A DNA stretch of 64,000 bases, from positions 33,672-97,671 of the forward strand of contig JANMVT010000195.1 in the NCBI GenBank assembly GCA_031392945.1, read 5' to 3'. Shown here one piece after another: positions 1 through 8,700 of the stretch. Both the position numbers and the translations under genes were made by a program. Every line of letters begins with the position of its first letter. Position 1 is the first letter of the stretch. The DNA comes from Rhodoferax sp. (GTDB lineage: Bacteria > Pseudomonadota > Gammaproteobacteria > Burkholderiales > Burkholderiaceae_C). The notes beneath the pieces are model-generated. The model was not told the DNA's origin, did no database searches, and saw nothing but the letters and a program-made list of their open reading frames with translations.

Positions 1-1606
1 CTCCCTGTTCAATTCGATGGACGAAGGTTATTGCGTCATCGAAATGATATTTGACGAGCGCAACAAGCCAAGCGATTTCCGCTACCTTGAAGTCAACCCC
101 AGCTTCACCAAACAGTCCGGCCTGGACAACGTGGTTGGCCGGCGCGTCAGCGAACTCGTGCCTGCACTCGAAGAACTCTGGCTACAGGTGTACGGCAAAG
201 TCGCGCTGGATGGCCAGCCGGCCCGTTTCACCAACGAAGTGAAGAGCCTGGACAGCTGGTTTGACATTTTCGCGTTCCGCGTCGGCGGCCCCCAGGCGCA
301 TCGCATCGCGATCATGTTCACCAATGTGACAGACCGCGTGCGCGCCGAAACCGACCGCCAATTCCTGGACAAAGTCCTGCTGGACAAAAACGCCGAGCTG
401 AAAACCGCCATTGAGATGGCCCAAACGGCCAACCTGGCGAAGTCGGACTTTCTCTCCAGTATGAGCCATGAGTTGCGCACGCCGCTCACCGCCATCCTGG
501 GTTTCGCCCAGCTGATCGAGGCCGGCGCGCCCGCGCCCACGGCCACGCAAAAACGCAGCCTGGAGCAAATTCTCAAGGCCGGCTGGTACCTGCTGGAACT
601 GATCAACGAAATCCTCGACCTGGCCGTCATCGAGTCAGGCAAACTGAGCCTGTCGATGCGCGGCGTGTCGGTCGCCAGCCTGCTGCTGGAGTGCGAGGCC
701 ATGGTCGAAGGCCAGGCCAGGGCGCGCGGCGTCAGCATGCATTTCGACAAAATCGACGCAGCGTATTTTGTCAACGCCGACCGCGTCCGGCTCAAGCAGG
801 CCCTGATCAATGTCCTGTCCAACGCCATCAAATACAACAAACTCGGCGGCACGGTGCGCATCGCCTGCCACGCCATCAGCCCGCAGCGCATGCGCATCAG
901 CGTGCAGGACAGCGGCGACGGCCTGAGCGCGGACAAGGTCAACCAGCTATTCCAGCCCTTCAACCGCCTGGGGCAAGAAACCCAGGCCGAGCCAGGCACG
1001 GGGATCGGCCTGGTGTTGACAAAGAACCTGGTCGAATTGATGGGTGGCGCGATGGGGGTAAAGAGCACGGTCGGCAAAGGCAGCGTATTCTGGATCGAGT
1101 TGAACCAATTTGATCCGGCGGAACTCCAAACAGGCGCCAACGCCAACGCCAACGCCAACGCCAACGCCAACGCCAACGCCAATGGCGATTCGGACACGGA
1201 GGGCGACCCGGCGGCTTCGCGCCTGCACACTTTGCTCTATGTTGAAGACAATCCGGCCAACCTGCTGCTGGTGCAAGAGCTGATCGCCCGCCGCCCAGAA
1301 ATCCGCCTGCTCAGCGCGCGCGACGGCATCACCGGCGTGGGCATGGCGCGCGCGGCCAAGCCCGATGTCATCTTGATGGACACCCACCTGCCGGGCATCA
1401 GCGGACTGGACGCCTTGCGCATCCTGCTGCACGACCCGCAGACCACCCACATTCCGGTGGTGGCGCTCAGCGCCAGCGCCATGCCGCGTGACATCGAAAG
1501 CGGCATGGCCGCCGGTTACTTCAAGTATCTGACCAAGCCGATCCGCTTCGACGAACTGATGGACACGCTGGATCTGGCCTTCCAGCACGTGCGCAAAGCG
1601 CCATGA
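1..1606 (+). CDS. hybrid sensor histidine kinase (PAS, HisKA, HATPase_c, REC), 5' partial
   Basis: ORF 17..1606. The frame stays open to nt 2, and SLFNS+MDEGYCVIEMIFD aligns with [18 protein letters not shown] of the paralog at 33818..35506, so the true start lies left of the window. H-box [15 protein letters not shown]-box GTGIGL, C-terminal receiver DVILMDTHLPGISG. Confidence 0.9.
   Translation, partial: SLFNSMDEGYCVIEMIFDERNKPSDFRYLEVNPSFTKQSGLDNVVGRRVSELVPALEELWLQVYGKVALDGQPARFTNEVKSLDSWFDIFAFRVGGPQAHRIAIMFTNVTDRVRAETDRQFLDKVLLDKNAELKTAIEMAQTANLAKSDFLSSMSHELRTPLTAILGFAQLIEAGAPAPTATQKRSLEQILKAGWYLLELINEILDLAVIESGKLSLSMRGVSVASLLLECEAMVEGQARARGVSMHFDKIDAAYFVNADRVRLKQALINVLSNAIKYNKLGGTVRIACHAISPQRMRISVQDSGDGLSADKVNQLFQPFNRLGQETQAEPGTGIGLVLTKNLVELMGGAMGVKSTVGKGSVFWIELNQFDPAELQTGANANANANANANANANGDSDTEGDPAASRLHTLLYVEDNPANLLLVQELIARRPEIRLLSARDGITGVGMARAAKPDVILMDTHLPGISGLDALRILLHDPQTTHIPVVALSASAMPRDIESGMAAGYFKYLTKPIRFDELMDTLDLAFQHVRKAP
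1136..1183. repeat. (GCCAAC)7+GCCAAT hexanucleotide tandem repeat, in frame, encoding (Ala-Asn)8
   Basis: Read directly from the sequence. It lies in the linker between the ATPase and receiver domains of the kinase (protein ...QTGANANANANANANANANGDSD...). Confidence 0.97.
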
Positions 1607-2190
1607 CGAACTTCCCCGTGGTCTGTGTGGGCGGCTCCGCTGGCGGGCTGGACGCCTACATCCGCCTGCTGAAAAACCTGCCCAACGACATGGGCGTGGC
1701 CATCGTCATCGTGAACCACATCACGATCATGCCGACCCAGTTGCACCAGGTGTTGCCGCGCTTCACCACCATGCCGGTGGATCTGATTGTGGACGACCTG
1801 CAGATCGTGCCGGACCGCGTCTTCATCATCCCGGCCAACCGGGATTTGCATGTGGATGCGCAGGGGCAGTTCCAGCTCAAGCCGATATCCAAACCCAGGG
1901 GCTGGCCAGATGTGATCACGGTTTTTTTGCGCTCGCTCACCGACTGCTGGAACGGCAAGCTGATCGCCGTGATCGTCTCCGGCTACGACGGCGACGGCGC
2001 GGCCGCCCTGTGCGGCATCCGCGAGGCGGGCGGCGTCACCATCGCGCAAAAACAGAGCACGGCGGGCCAGCCTGACATGCCCCAGAGCGCCATCGACAGC
2101 GGCTGCATCGACTTCGTGCTGTCGCCTGAAGACATCGCCAAAGAAATCATACGAATCGCCCGCGGCGAATCCGCCAAGCGCACAACCTGA
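1603..2190 (+). CDS. CheB-type protein-glutamate methylesterase domain protein without a receiver domain
   Basis: 195 aa. VVCVGGSAGGLDA (GxSxGG Ser), VIVNHI (His) and SGYDGDGAAAL (Asp) fit the CheB catalytic triad context. The start overlaps the kinase stop (ATGA at 1603-1606). Confidence 0.8.
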   Translation: MTNFPVVCVGGSAGGLDAYIRLLKNLPNDMGVAIVIVNHITIMPTQLHQVLPRFTTMPVDLIVDDLQIVPDRVFIIPANRDLHVDAQGQFQLKPISKPRGWPDVITVFLRSLTDCWNGKLIAVIVSGYDGDGAAALCGIREAGGVTIAQKQSTAGQPDMPQSAIDSGCIDFVLSPEDIAKEIIRIARGESAKRTT

Positions 2191-2199
2191 AAGAAATAT

Positions 2200-3015
2200 A
2201 TGCCTGACGCAAACGACATTCTGGGCGCACGCATTCTGATCGTCGATGACCAGGAATCCAACGTGCAATTGCTCGAACAACTGCTGCAGGAGGACGGCTA
2301 CACCAATGTGAGCGCCTGCATGCAGCCCAAGCTGGTACGCGAGATGCATCAAAAAAACGCCTATGACCTGATCCTGCTGGACCTGAACATGCCCGGCATG
2401 GACGGTTTTGAGGTGATGAAGGCGCTGGGCACCAACCAGGCCGACCAATACCTGCCGGTCATCGTGCTCACGGCCGACCCGGGCTTCAAGCTGCGCGCCT
2501 TGCAGGCCGGGGCCAAAGATTTCATCAGCAAGCCATTTGACCTGGTCGAGGTCAAAACCCGCATCCACAACATGCTGGAGGTGCGCTTGCTCTACAAGCA
2601 GCTGGAAGGCCATAGCCAGGATCTGGAGCGCCAGGTGCTGGCGCGCACCGCCGAGCTGGCCTTGAGCGAGGAGCGTTTTCGCCGCCTGACCGAGCTGGCA
2701 TCCGACTGGTACTGGGAGCAAAACGAGAGCGGCGACTTGACCCGCGTGTCCGGCCCGGTGCAGGAGATGCTGGGCCTGCGCGTCACCGAGTTTCTGGGCG
2801 CCGAAGCCAAGGGCGGGATGAACGGCTGGGATGAAGCCCAGCGCAAGGTGCTGCGCAGCAAGATCAGCGCGCGCCAGCCGTTTCTGGACTTCGCCTTCAG
2901 CCGCACCAATGCCGACGGCACGGTGCAGAATTTCCGCGTCAGCGGCGAGCCGATGTTTGACAGCTCATCACGTTACACCGGGTACCGGGGGATCGGGTCC
3001 GAAGTGCGGGACTAG
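2200..3015 (+). CDS. response regulator with receiver domain plus C-terminal PAS-like domain
   Basis: 271 aa. ILIVDDQESNVQLLEQLL...DLILLDLNMPGMDGFEV...KP receiver signature; coiled linker; then a PAS-like segment (WYWEQNESGDLTRVSG). Starts 10 nt after the cheB-like stop. Confidence 0.85.
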   Translation: MPDANDILGARILIVDDQESNVQLLEQLLQEDGYTNVSACMQPKLVREMHQKNAYDLILLDLNMPGMDGFEVMKALGTNQADQYLPVIVLTADPGFKLRALQAGAKDFISKPFDLVEVKTRIHNMLEVRLLYKQLEGHSQDLERQVLARTAELALSEERFRRLTELASDWYWEQNESGDLTRVSGPVQEMLGLRVTEFLGAEAKGGMNGWDEAQRKVLRSKISARQPFLDFAFSRTNADGTVQNFRVSGEPMFDSSSRYTGYRGIGSEVRD

Positions 3016-3060
3016 GCCGGTTTTCCAAAAAATGTGGCAATTCCCCTCGCGGGACATGAA

Positions 3061-3083
3061 TAGTTAGCTACTAATATAGTAGC
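3061..3083. repeat. AT-rich palindromic intergenic element, copy 1 (TAGTTAGCTACTAATATAGTAGC)
   Basis: Perfect 7-bp arms GCTACTA/TAGTAGC with a 3-nt spacer (3067-3083), between two convergent gene ends. The first 13 nt are identical to the copy at 30933. Confidence 0.8.
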
Positions 3084-3084
3084 A

Positions 3085-3783
3085 TCACAAACCCCGCGAC
3101 GCAGCCGGCAGCAAGCGGTCATATTCCTTCTTCACCACGGCATAACACTCGCAGGTGCGCTTCTCCAGCCCGGCACGGTCCAACACCGAGATGTGGCCGC
3201 GCGCGTATTTGATCAAGCCGGCGTGTTGCAGCTTGAGCGCGCTTTCGGTGACGCCTTCGCGGCGCACGCCGAGCATGTTGGCGATCAGTTCCTGCGTCAT
3301 CACCAGTTCATTGCCCTGCAGGCGGTCCAGGCTCAGCAGCAGCCAGCGGCATAGCTGCTGGTCCAGCGTGTGGTGGCGGTTGCAGACAGCCGTCTGCGAC
3401 ATCTGGGTGATCAGCGCCTGGGTGTAGCGCAGCAGCAGGTGCAGCACGGGGCCGGCGCGGTTGAACTCGTCCTTCATCACCTGCGCTTCCAGCCGGTAGC
3501 CCCGGCCCGCGCTTTGCACCACGGCGCGGCTGGGGGTGGATTCGCCGCCCATGAAGAGCGAGATGCCGACGATGCCCTCGTTGCCGACCACGGCGATCTC
3601 GGCCGATGCGCCGTTTTCCATCACGTACAGCAGGGAGACGATGGCGGTGGCGGGAAAATAAACGTGCTCCAGCGTCACGCCCGGCTCGTACAAGACCTGG
3701 CCCAAAGGCATGTCAACAGCTTCGAGCAGGGGCAGCCAGCGCCGCTGTTCTGACTCCGGCAACGCGGCGAGCAGTTGGTTCAT
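3085..3783 (-). CDS. Crp/Fnr family transcriptional regulator
   Basis: ORF 3085..3852. The internal ATG at 3783 (MNQLLAALPESEQRRW) is preferred. It has a cNMP-binding-like N-terminal domain and a C-terminal HTH (ELIANMLGVRREGVTESALKLQHAGLI). Confidence 0.85.
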   Translation of the reverse strand: MNQLLAALPESEQRRWLPLLEAVDMPLGQVLYEPGVTLEHVYFPATAIVSLLYVMENGASAEIAVVGNEGIVGISLFMGGESTPSRAVVQSAGRGYRLEAQVMKDEFNRAGPVLHLLLRYTQALITQMSQTAVCNRHHTLDQQLCRWLLLSLDRLQGNELVMTQELIANMLGVRREGVTESALKLQHAGLIKYARGHISVLDRAGLEKRTCECYAVVKKEYDRLLPAASRGL

Positions 3784-4023
3784 GGTCGGGTCGGCGGTTG
3801 AAGCTTTCACAGGTCTCCTGGATGGGGCCATTGCGGCGGGCAATTCCGGCAATTTGACCGGCAGCGCACCAGCGTCTGCTGTGATTGTAGGCAGGAATGC
3901 GCGGACCGCTCTGTGCGCTAACGCACAGTCGTCTGACGCGCCTGGCGTTGAAATGCAGTCTTCGCGCTGGTCCGGGACTGACTTTCACGACAAATTTTCA
4001 CGTTATTGCCGTTATGGAACGTT

Positions 4024-5025
4024 ATGGAATATAAGGATTATTACCAGGCCATGGGGGTCGGGCGCGGCGCAAGCCAGGACGAGATCCAGCGCGCGCACCG
4101 CAAACTGGCGCGCAAGTACCACCCGGACGTCAGCAAGGAGCCCAATGCCGAGGCGCGCTTCAAGGAAGTCGGCGAAGCCTACAAGGTGCTCAAAGATCCG
4201 GAAAAACGCGCGGCGTACGACCAGTTGGGCGCCGACCTGAAAGCCGGCCAGCAATTCCAGACGCCACCGGATTGGCAGCGCGGGTTTGAGACCTCGGGCT
4301 CGGGCTTCAGCGAACAGGAGTCGCAGGAGGCCAGCGACTTTTTCCAGTCCCTGTTCGGGCATGGCGCGCGGGCGGGCAGTGGCGCCCGACCGCGGCGCGC
4401 CGGCGCGGCTGCGGCCAACGGCCACGAAGGTTTCAACTTCCCTGGCGAAGACCGCCACGCCACGATCCAGATCGACCTGGAGGACGCCTACCAGGGCGCG
4501 ACCCGCAAGCTCACCCTGCGCATCCCCGAGTTCGACGTGCAGGGCCAGGTCAAGCTGCGCGAACACCTGATTGAATTTGCCGTGCCGACCGGCGTCAAGG
4601 CCGGGCAGCGCATCCGGCTTGCGGGACAAGGCGCGCCCGGCACGGGCCAGGGCGCACCGGGCGACTTGTATCTGGAAGTGGCCTTCAACCCGCACCCGCG
4701 CTACCGCGTCGAGGAGCGTGACGTTTACCTCGATCTGCCGGTGGCTCCGTGGGAGGCCGCCCTGGGCGCCGAAATTGAGGCGCCCACACCCATCGGCTTG
4801 GTAGAGCTCAAAATTCCCCCGGGCTCGGGCGCCGGACGCAAATTGCGGCTCAAGGGGCGTGGCATCCCAGGTGCCAAATCCGGCGCGCCCGCCGGCGATT
4901 TTTATTTCGTGTTGCAAATCGCGCTGCCGCCGGCCAGCAGCGAAAACCAGCAGGTGGCCTGGCGCGATCTGGCCGCGCAGCACCCGTCGTTCAAGCCACG
5001 CGCGGCACTGGGAGACACGCCATGA
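4024..5025 (+). CDS. cbpA: curved-DNA-binding DnaJ-like co-chaperone CbpA
   Basis: J domain MEYKDYYQAMGV...KYHPDVSKEP...AYKVLKDPEKRAAYD. No Zn-finger/Gly-Phe DnaJ middle region. Followed by cbpM. The TTG at 4006 was rejected in favour of the ATG at 4024. Confidence 0.85.
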   Translation: MEYKDYYQAMGVGRGASQDEIQRAHRKLARKYHPDVSKEPNAEARFKEVGEAYKVLKDPEKRAAYDQLGADLKAGQQFQTPPDWQRGFETSGSGFSEQESQEASDFFQSLFGHGARAGSGARPRRAGAAAANGHEGFNFPGEDRHATIQIDLEDAYQGATRKLTLRIPEFDVQGQVKLREHLIEFAVPTGVKAGQRIRLAGQGAPGTGQGAPGDLYLEVAFNPHPRYRVEERDVYLDLPVAPWEAALGAEIEAPTPIGLVELKIPPGSGAGRKLRLKGRGIPGAKSGAPAGDFYFVLQIALPPASSENQQVAWRDLAAQHPSFKPRAALGDTP

Positions 5026-5363
5026 GCAACGCGCCGGGCCGCCCCCAAACAAGCTCGCACCGCAGTGCGCAGCACGAAGGTACTCCAATGACCAACGACG
5101 GCACTCAAATGACACTGGTTGAAATCAGCCTGGCCTGGGGCCTGGCGCCCGAGCGTGTCACGGAGATGGTGATGGAGGGCGTGCTCGACCCTGCAGGCGC
5201 GGGCCGCGAGGACTGGCGCTTCAATGCCCTGCACCTGCGCCACGCGGGCATCGCGCTGCGCCTGCAACGCGATCTGGGCCTGAACTTGCCCGGCGTGGCC
5301 CTGGTGCTGCAACTGCTGGATGAATTGCAATTTTTGCGCCAGCAGCGCCCGCCCGGCGCTTGA
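5022..5363 (+). CDS. cbpM: chaperone modulatory protein CbpM (MerR-like fold)
   Basis: 113 aa. ATGA overlap with the cbpA stop (5022-5025). Positional and sequence resemblance to CbpM (MTLVEISLAWGLAPERVTEMVMEGVLDP). Confidence 0.7.
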   Translation: MSNAPGRPQTSSHRSAQHEGTPMTNDGTQMTLVEISLAWGLAPERVTEMVMEGVLDPAGAGREDWRFNALHLRHAGIALRLQRDLGLNLPGVALVLQLLDELQFLRQQRPPGA

Positions 5364-5539
5364 GCGGGCTCCGGTTGCATCTTGCAACATTTTCCCAAGC
5401 AGAGCGGCACGTCGTCCGACAGACAAACCGGCGCAGCGCTTTTAGCATGGGATCAGCCATTTTGAAAATCCGTTCAAAACCCCTTTAAAACAACATCAAC
5501 CACGCTGGCTTCAACCAGTCCGCGCGGGAGGAATCCACC

Positions 5540-5782
5540 ATGAAATCCAGCAGCATCTCCTCTTCGCCGTGGACCACGGCCTCTTTTGGCGGCGCGCCCG
5601 ACACCACGCCGCTGGAGCTGTCGGCGCTGGGCGAGCACCTGGGCCACTGCCGCGATCGGCACGGCCGCTGGTTCGCCGCACGTTGCGCACTGGAGGGCAT
5701 GAACGGCTTCGTCTCATCCCGCTTCGTCACGACCCTGGTCGTGGCCGTGGTGCTGATCGCCGCCAGCGCCGTGATCCTGTAG
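5540..5782 (+). CDS. small tail-anchored membrane protein (80 aa), unknown function, abutting ndvB
   Basis: ATG at 5540, 8 nt after a GGGAGG Shine-Dalgarno (5526-5531). GC-rich third codon positions by eye. One C-terminal hydrophobic helix FVTTLVVAVVLIAASAVIL. The stop TAG at 5780-5782 is followed by the ndvB ATG at 5785. Confidence 0.6.
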   Translation: MKSSSISSSPWTTASFGGAPDTTPLELSALGEHLGHCRDRHGRWFAARCALEGMNGFVSSRFVTTLVVAVVLIAASAVIL

Positions 5783-5784
5783 CC

Positions 5785-8700
5785 ATGCCGGCATCCGCCT
5801 TGCAGCGCCTGGTGCCGGACGCGCCGCAGGTGCTGTGCGACATGCTGGACGGCGCACGCGGCGTGGTCCAGCCGCCGATCCGCTCCGAGATTTTTGGCCT
5901 GCAGCGTTTTGCCCAGCATGGGCGCAGCCTGGGCGCGACCCACCGGGCGGCGTCGGCGCGCGCCAGCGCCTCACGCTTTTTCCCCCGGCTGCGCGACAAC
6001 ATCCAGATGCTGCGCGACGCCCACAACTACATCGGCCTGCAGGCGCGCACCGGTTATGACATCAGCCCCGCCGCCGAGTGGCTGCTGGACAATTTTCACC
6101 TGATCGAGGCACAGCTCAAGGCCATCAACGAGGGGCTGCCGCGCAGCTATTTCCGCAGCCTGCCGATGTTGCAGGACGAGCCGCTGGCGGGCCTGCCCCG
6201 CGTGTACGGCATCGCCTGGGCCTTTGTGGCCCACACCGACAGCGCTTTCGACGAAACCCTGGTGTCGCAGTTCCTCAATGCCTACCAGGAGACGCGCGAA
6301 CTCAACCTGAGCGAGATCTGGGCCTTGCCCACCACTTTGCGTGTGGTGCTGATCGAGAATCTGCGCCGGCTGGCCGAACGCGTGGCGACCAACAAGGCCG
6401 CGCGCGAGGTGGCCAATCTGGTGTGCGACAAGATCGAGCGCCACAGCCTGCCCGCACTCGACGAGCTGCTGGCCCTGCTCAAGCTGCGCGGCGTGGGCCG
6501 CGTGTTTCTGGCCCAGATGGCGCAGCGCCTGCGCGAGCGTCCCAAATCCGGCCCCGGCCCCGGCGGCGACAAGGCGCGTTACCACGAATGGCTGCAAGCC
6601 GCCTTGCCCGACCCGGCGGCGGCCCAAATCCAGCAGCCGCTGGACCAGGCGGCGGACAACCTGAGCGTGAGCAACGCCGTCAAGTCCCTGCGCGCCATCG
6701 GCGACGCGGACTGGATCGACATCGTGGCGCTCACCAGCAAACTGATGCAGTTGATGCTGAGATCGCCCGTGTTCGAGGCCGAGGACAGCGCCACCCGCGG
6801 CCAAACCCTGAACGCGATTGAACGTCTGGCGCGCCGCGCAGGCCGGGGCGAGGCCGAAGTGGCGCAGTCATTGCTGGGCTTGATGCGCGCCGACGCACCA
6901 CAAGCAAACCAGCCGGACGCCGCACAGACCGTGGCCGACCACTGGCTGCGGGGCGCCGGGCGCGCCGCTTTGTGGCGCGAGCTGGGTCTGCGCCACACTG
7001 CTTTGCTGCCCTGGCTTGACGCCTTGCGCGGCGCGGCCTTGCCGGCCTATTTGACCGCCCTGCTGCTGGGCACGGCGGGCTTGATGGCCTGGATCCTGCT
7101 GCACCACAGCGACGGGCTGATGGATGCCAGCGCGCCCTGGTGGCTGACCCTGCTGGGGGCGGCCCTGATGGTGTTTCCGGCGTCGGAGACGGTGGTGGCG
7201 GTGGTCAACCGGCTGATCAGCGAGTCGGTCCGCCCCGTGCATCTGCCGCGCCTGGCCTTTGCCGACGGCGTGCCGGCCGCGCATCGGGTGCTGGTGGTGA
7301 TTCCCAGCATGCTGACCAGCGTCGCCGGAGCGCGCGAACTGGCGCATCGCCTGCAACTGCACTACCTGGCCAACCCGGAGCGCCAGGCCCAATTCGCCTT
7401 GCTGACCGACTGGGCGGACGCCAGCCAGGAACAGCTGCCGTCCGACGCGGGCTTGCTGGGCGCCGCCACGCAGCAAATCAACGCGCTCAACGCGCTGTAC
7501 CCGCGCGGGCCCAATCCGCCAGGTCCGCCAGATCCGCCAGGCGCCCCGGAACCAGCGGGGCAAGGCGGGGCGGCGCCGCGCTTCATCCTGTTGCACCGCG
7601 CGCGGCGCTTCAGCCAGACCGAACAGCGCTGGATCGGCTGGGAGCGCAAGCGCGGCAAGCTCGAACTGCTGGTCGCCGCGCTGGCCGATGGCAAGACCAG
7701 CGCGTTTCTGGACTTGGGCGAGGCTTCGCGCATCGAAGCCGGCACACCTTACATCGTGACGCTGGACAGCGACACCCAATTGCCGCCCGGCACCTTGCGC
7801 GAGCTCGTCGGCGTGGCGGCGCACCCCTGCAACCAGCCCCGGCTGGACGCCGGCCGGTGCCGCGTCGTCGATGGTTACGGCATCCTGCAGCCAAGGGTGG
7901 TGACGCCATTGCCGGCGGTCAAGGACTTCACTCTGTTCCACTGGCTGTTCGCCGGGCAGTGCGGCATAGACCCCTACAGCGCTGCGACTTCGGAGGTTTA
8001 CCAGGATGTTTTCGCCGAAGGCTCGTTCACCGGCAAGGGCCTGCTGAATGTGGGTGCAGTGCATGCCGTCCTGTCGGGGCGCATGCCGGAAGGCCAGGTG
8101 CTGAGCCACGATTTGCTCGAAGGCTCGGTGGCGCGCTGCGCTGCAGTGACCAACATCAACCTCATCGAAGACGCGCCTTTCCATGCGGATGCGGCGGCGT
8201 CGCGCATGCACCGCTGGACGCGCGGCGACTGGCAACTGCTGCCGGTCCTGCTCACCCCCCGGCGCTTCAAGCTTGGCATGATCAACCGCTGGAAGATGTT
8301 CGACAACCTGCGCCGCACCCTGGTGCCGCCGATGTCCCTGGCCCTGTTGCTGCTGGCCCTGGGCGGCGCCATCATGTCGCCGTGGGCCGCGTTGATCCTG
8401 GTGCTGGCGGCGTTTTCCGCCGGGCCGCTGATGGGCGCGGTGGCCGGGTTTTCGCCCAGCCGCGACGACCTGGCCATCAGCCATTTCTACCGCAAGGCCG
8501 GCGCCGACCTGGCGCGCGCACTGTGGGGCGGCTTGTGGTTTTTGGCGCAATTGCCGCAGCAGTCCCTGCTGGCGCTGGACGCCGTGCTGCGTTCGCTCTA
8601 CCGCATGGCCGTCAGCCACCGGCATTTGCTGCAATGGACGACGGCCGCCACCGCCCAAGCCCAGGCCCTGGCCGGCTTGGCCGCGCTGGCACGACAGCAC

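Noticed and set aside
5569-5784. N-terminal extension of the ndvB ORF (MDHGLFWRRARHH...)
   Set aside because: The Arg-rich, non-protein-like translation overlaps the better-supported SD-preceded small ORF 5540..5782 in another frame. The in-frame ATG at 5785 gives a normal NdvB length.
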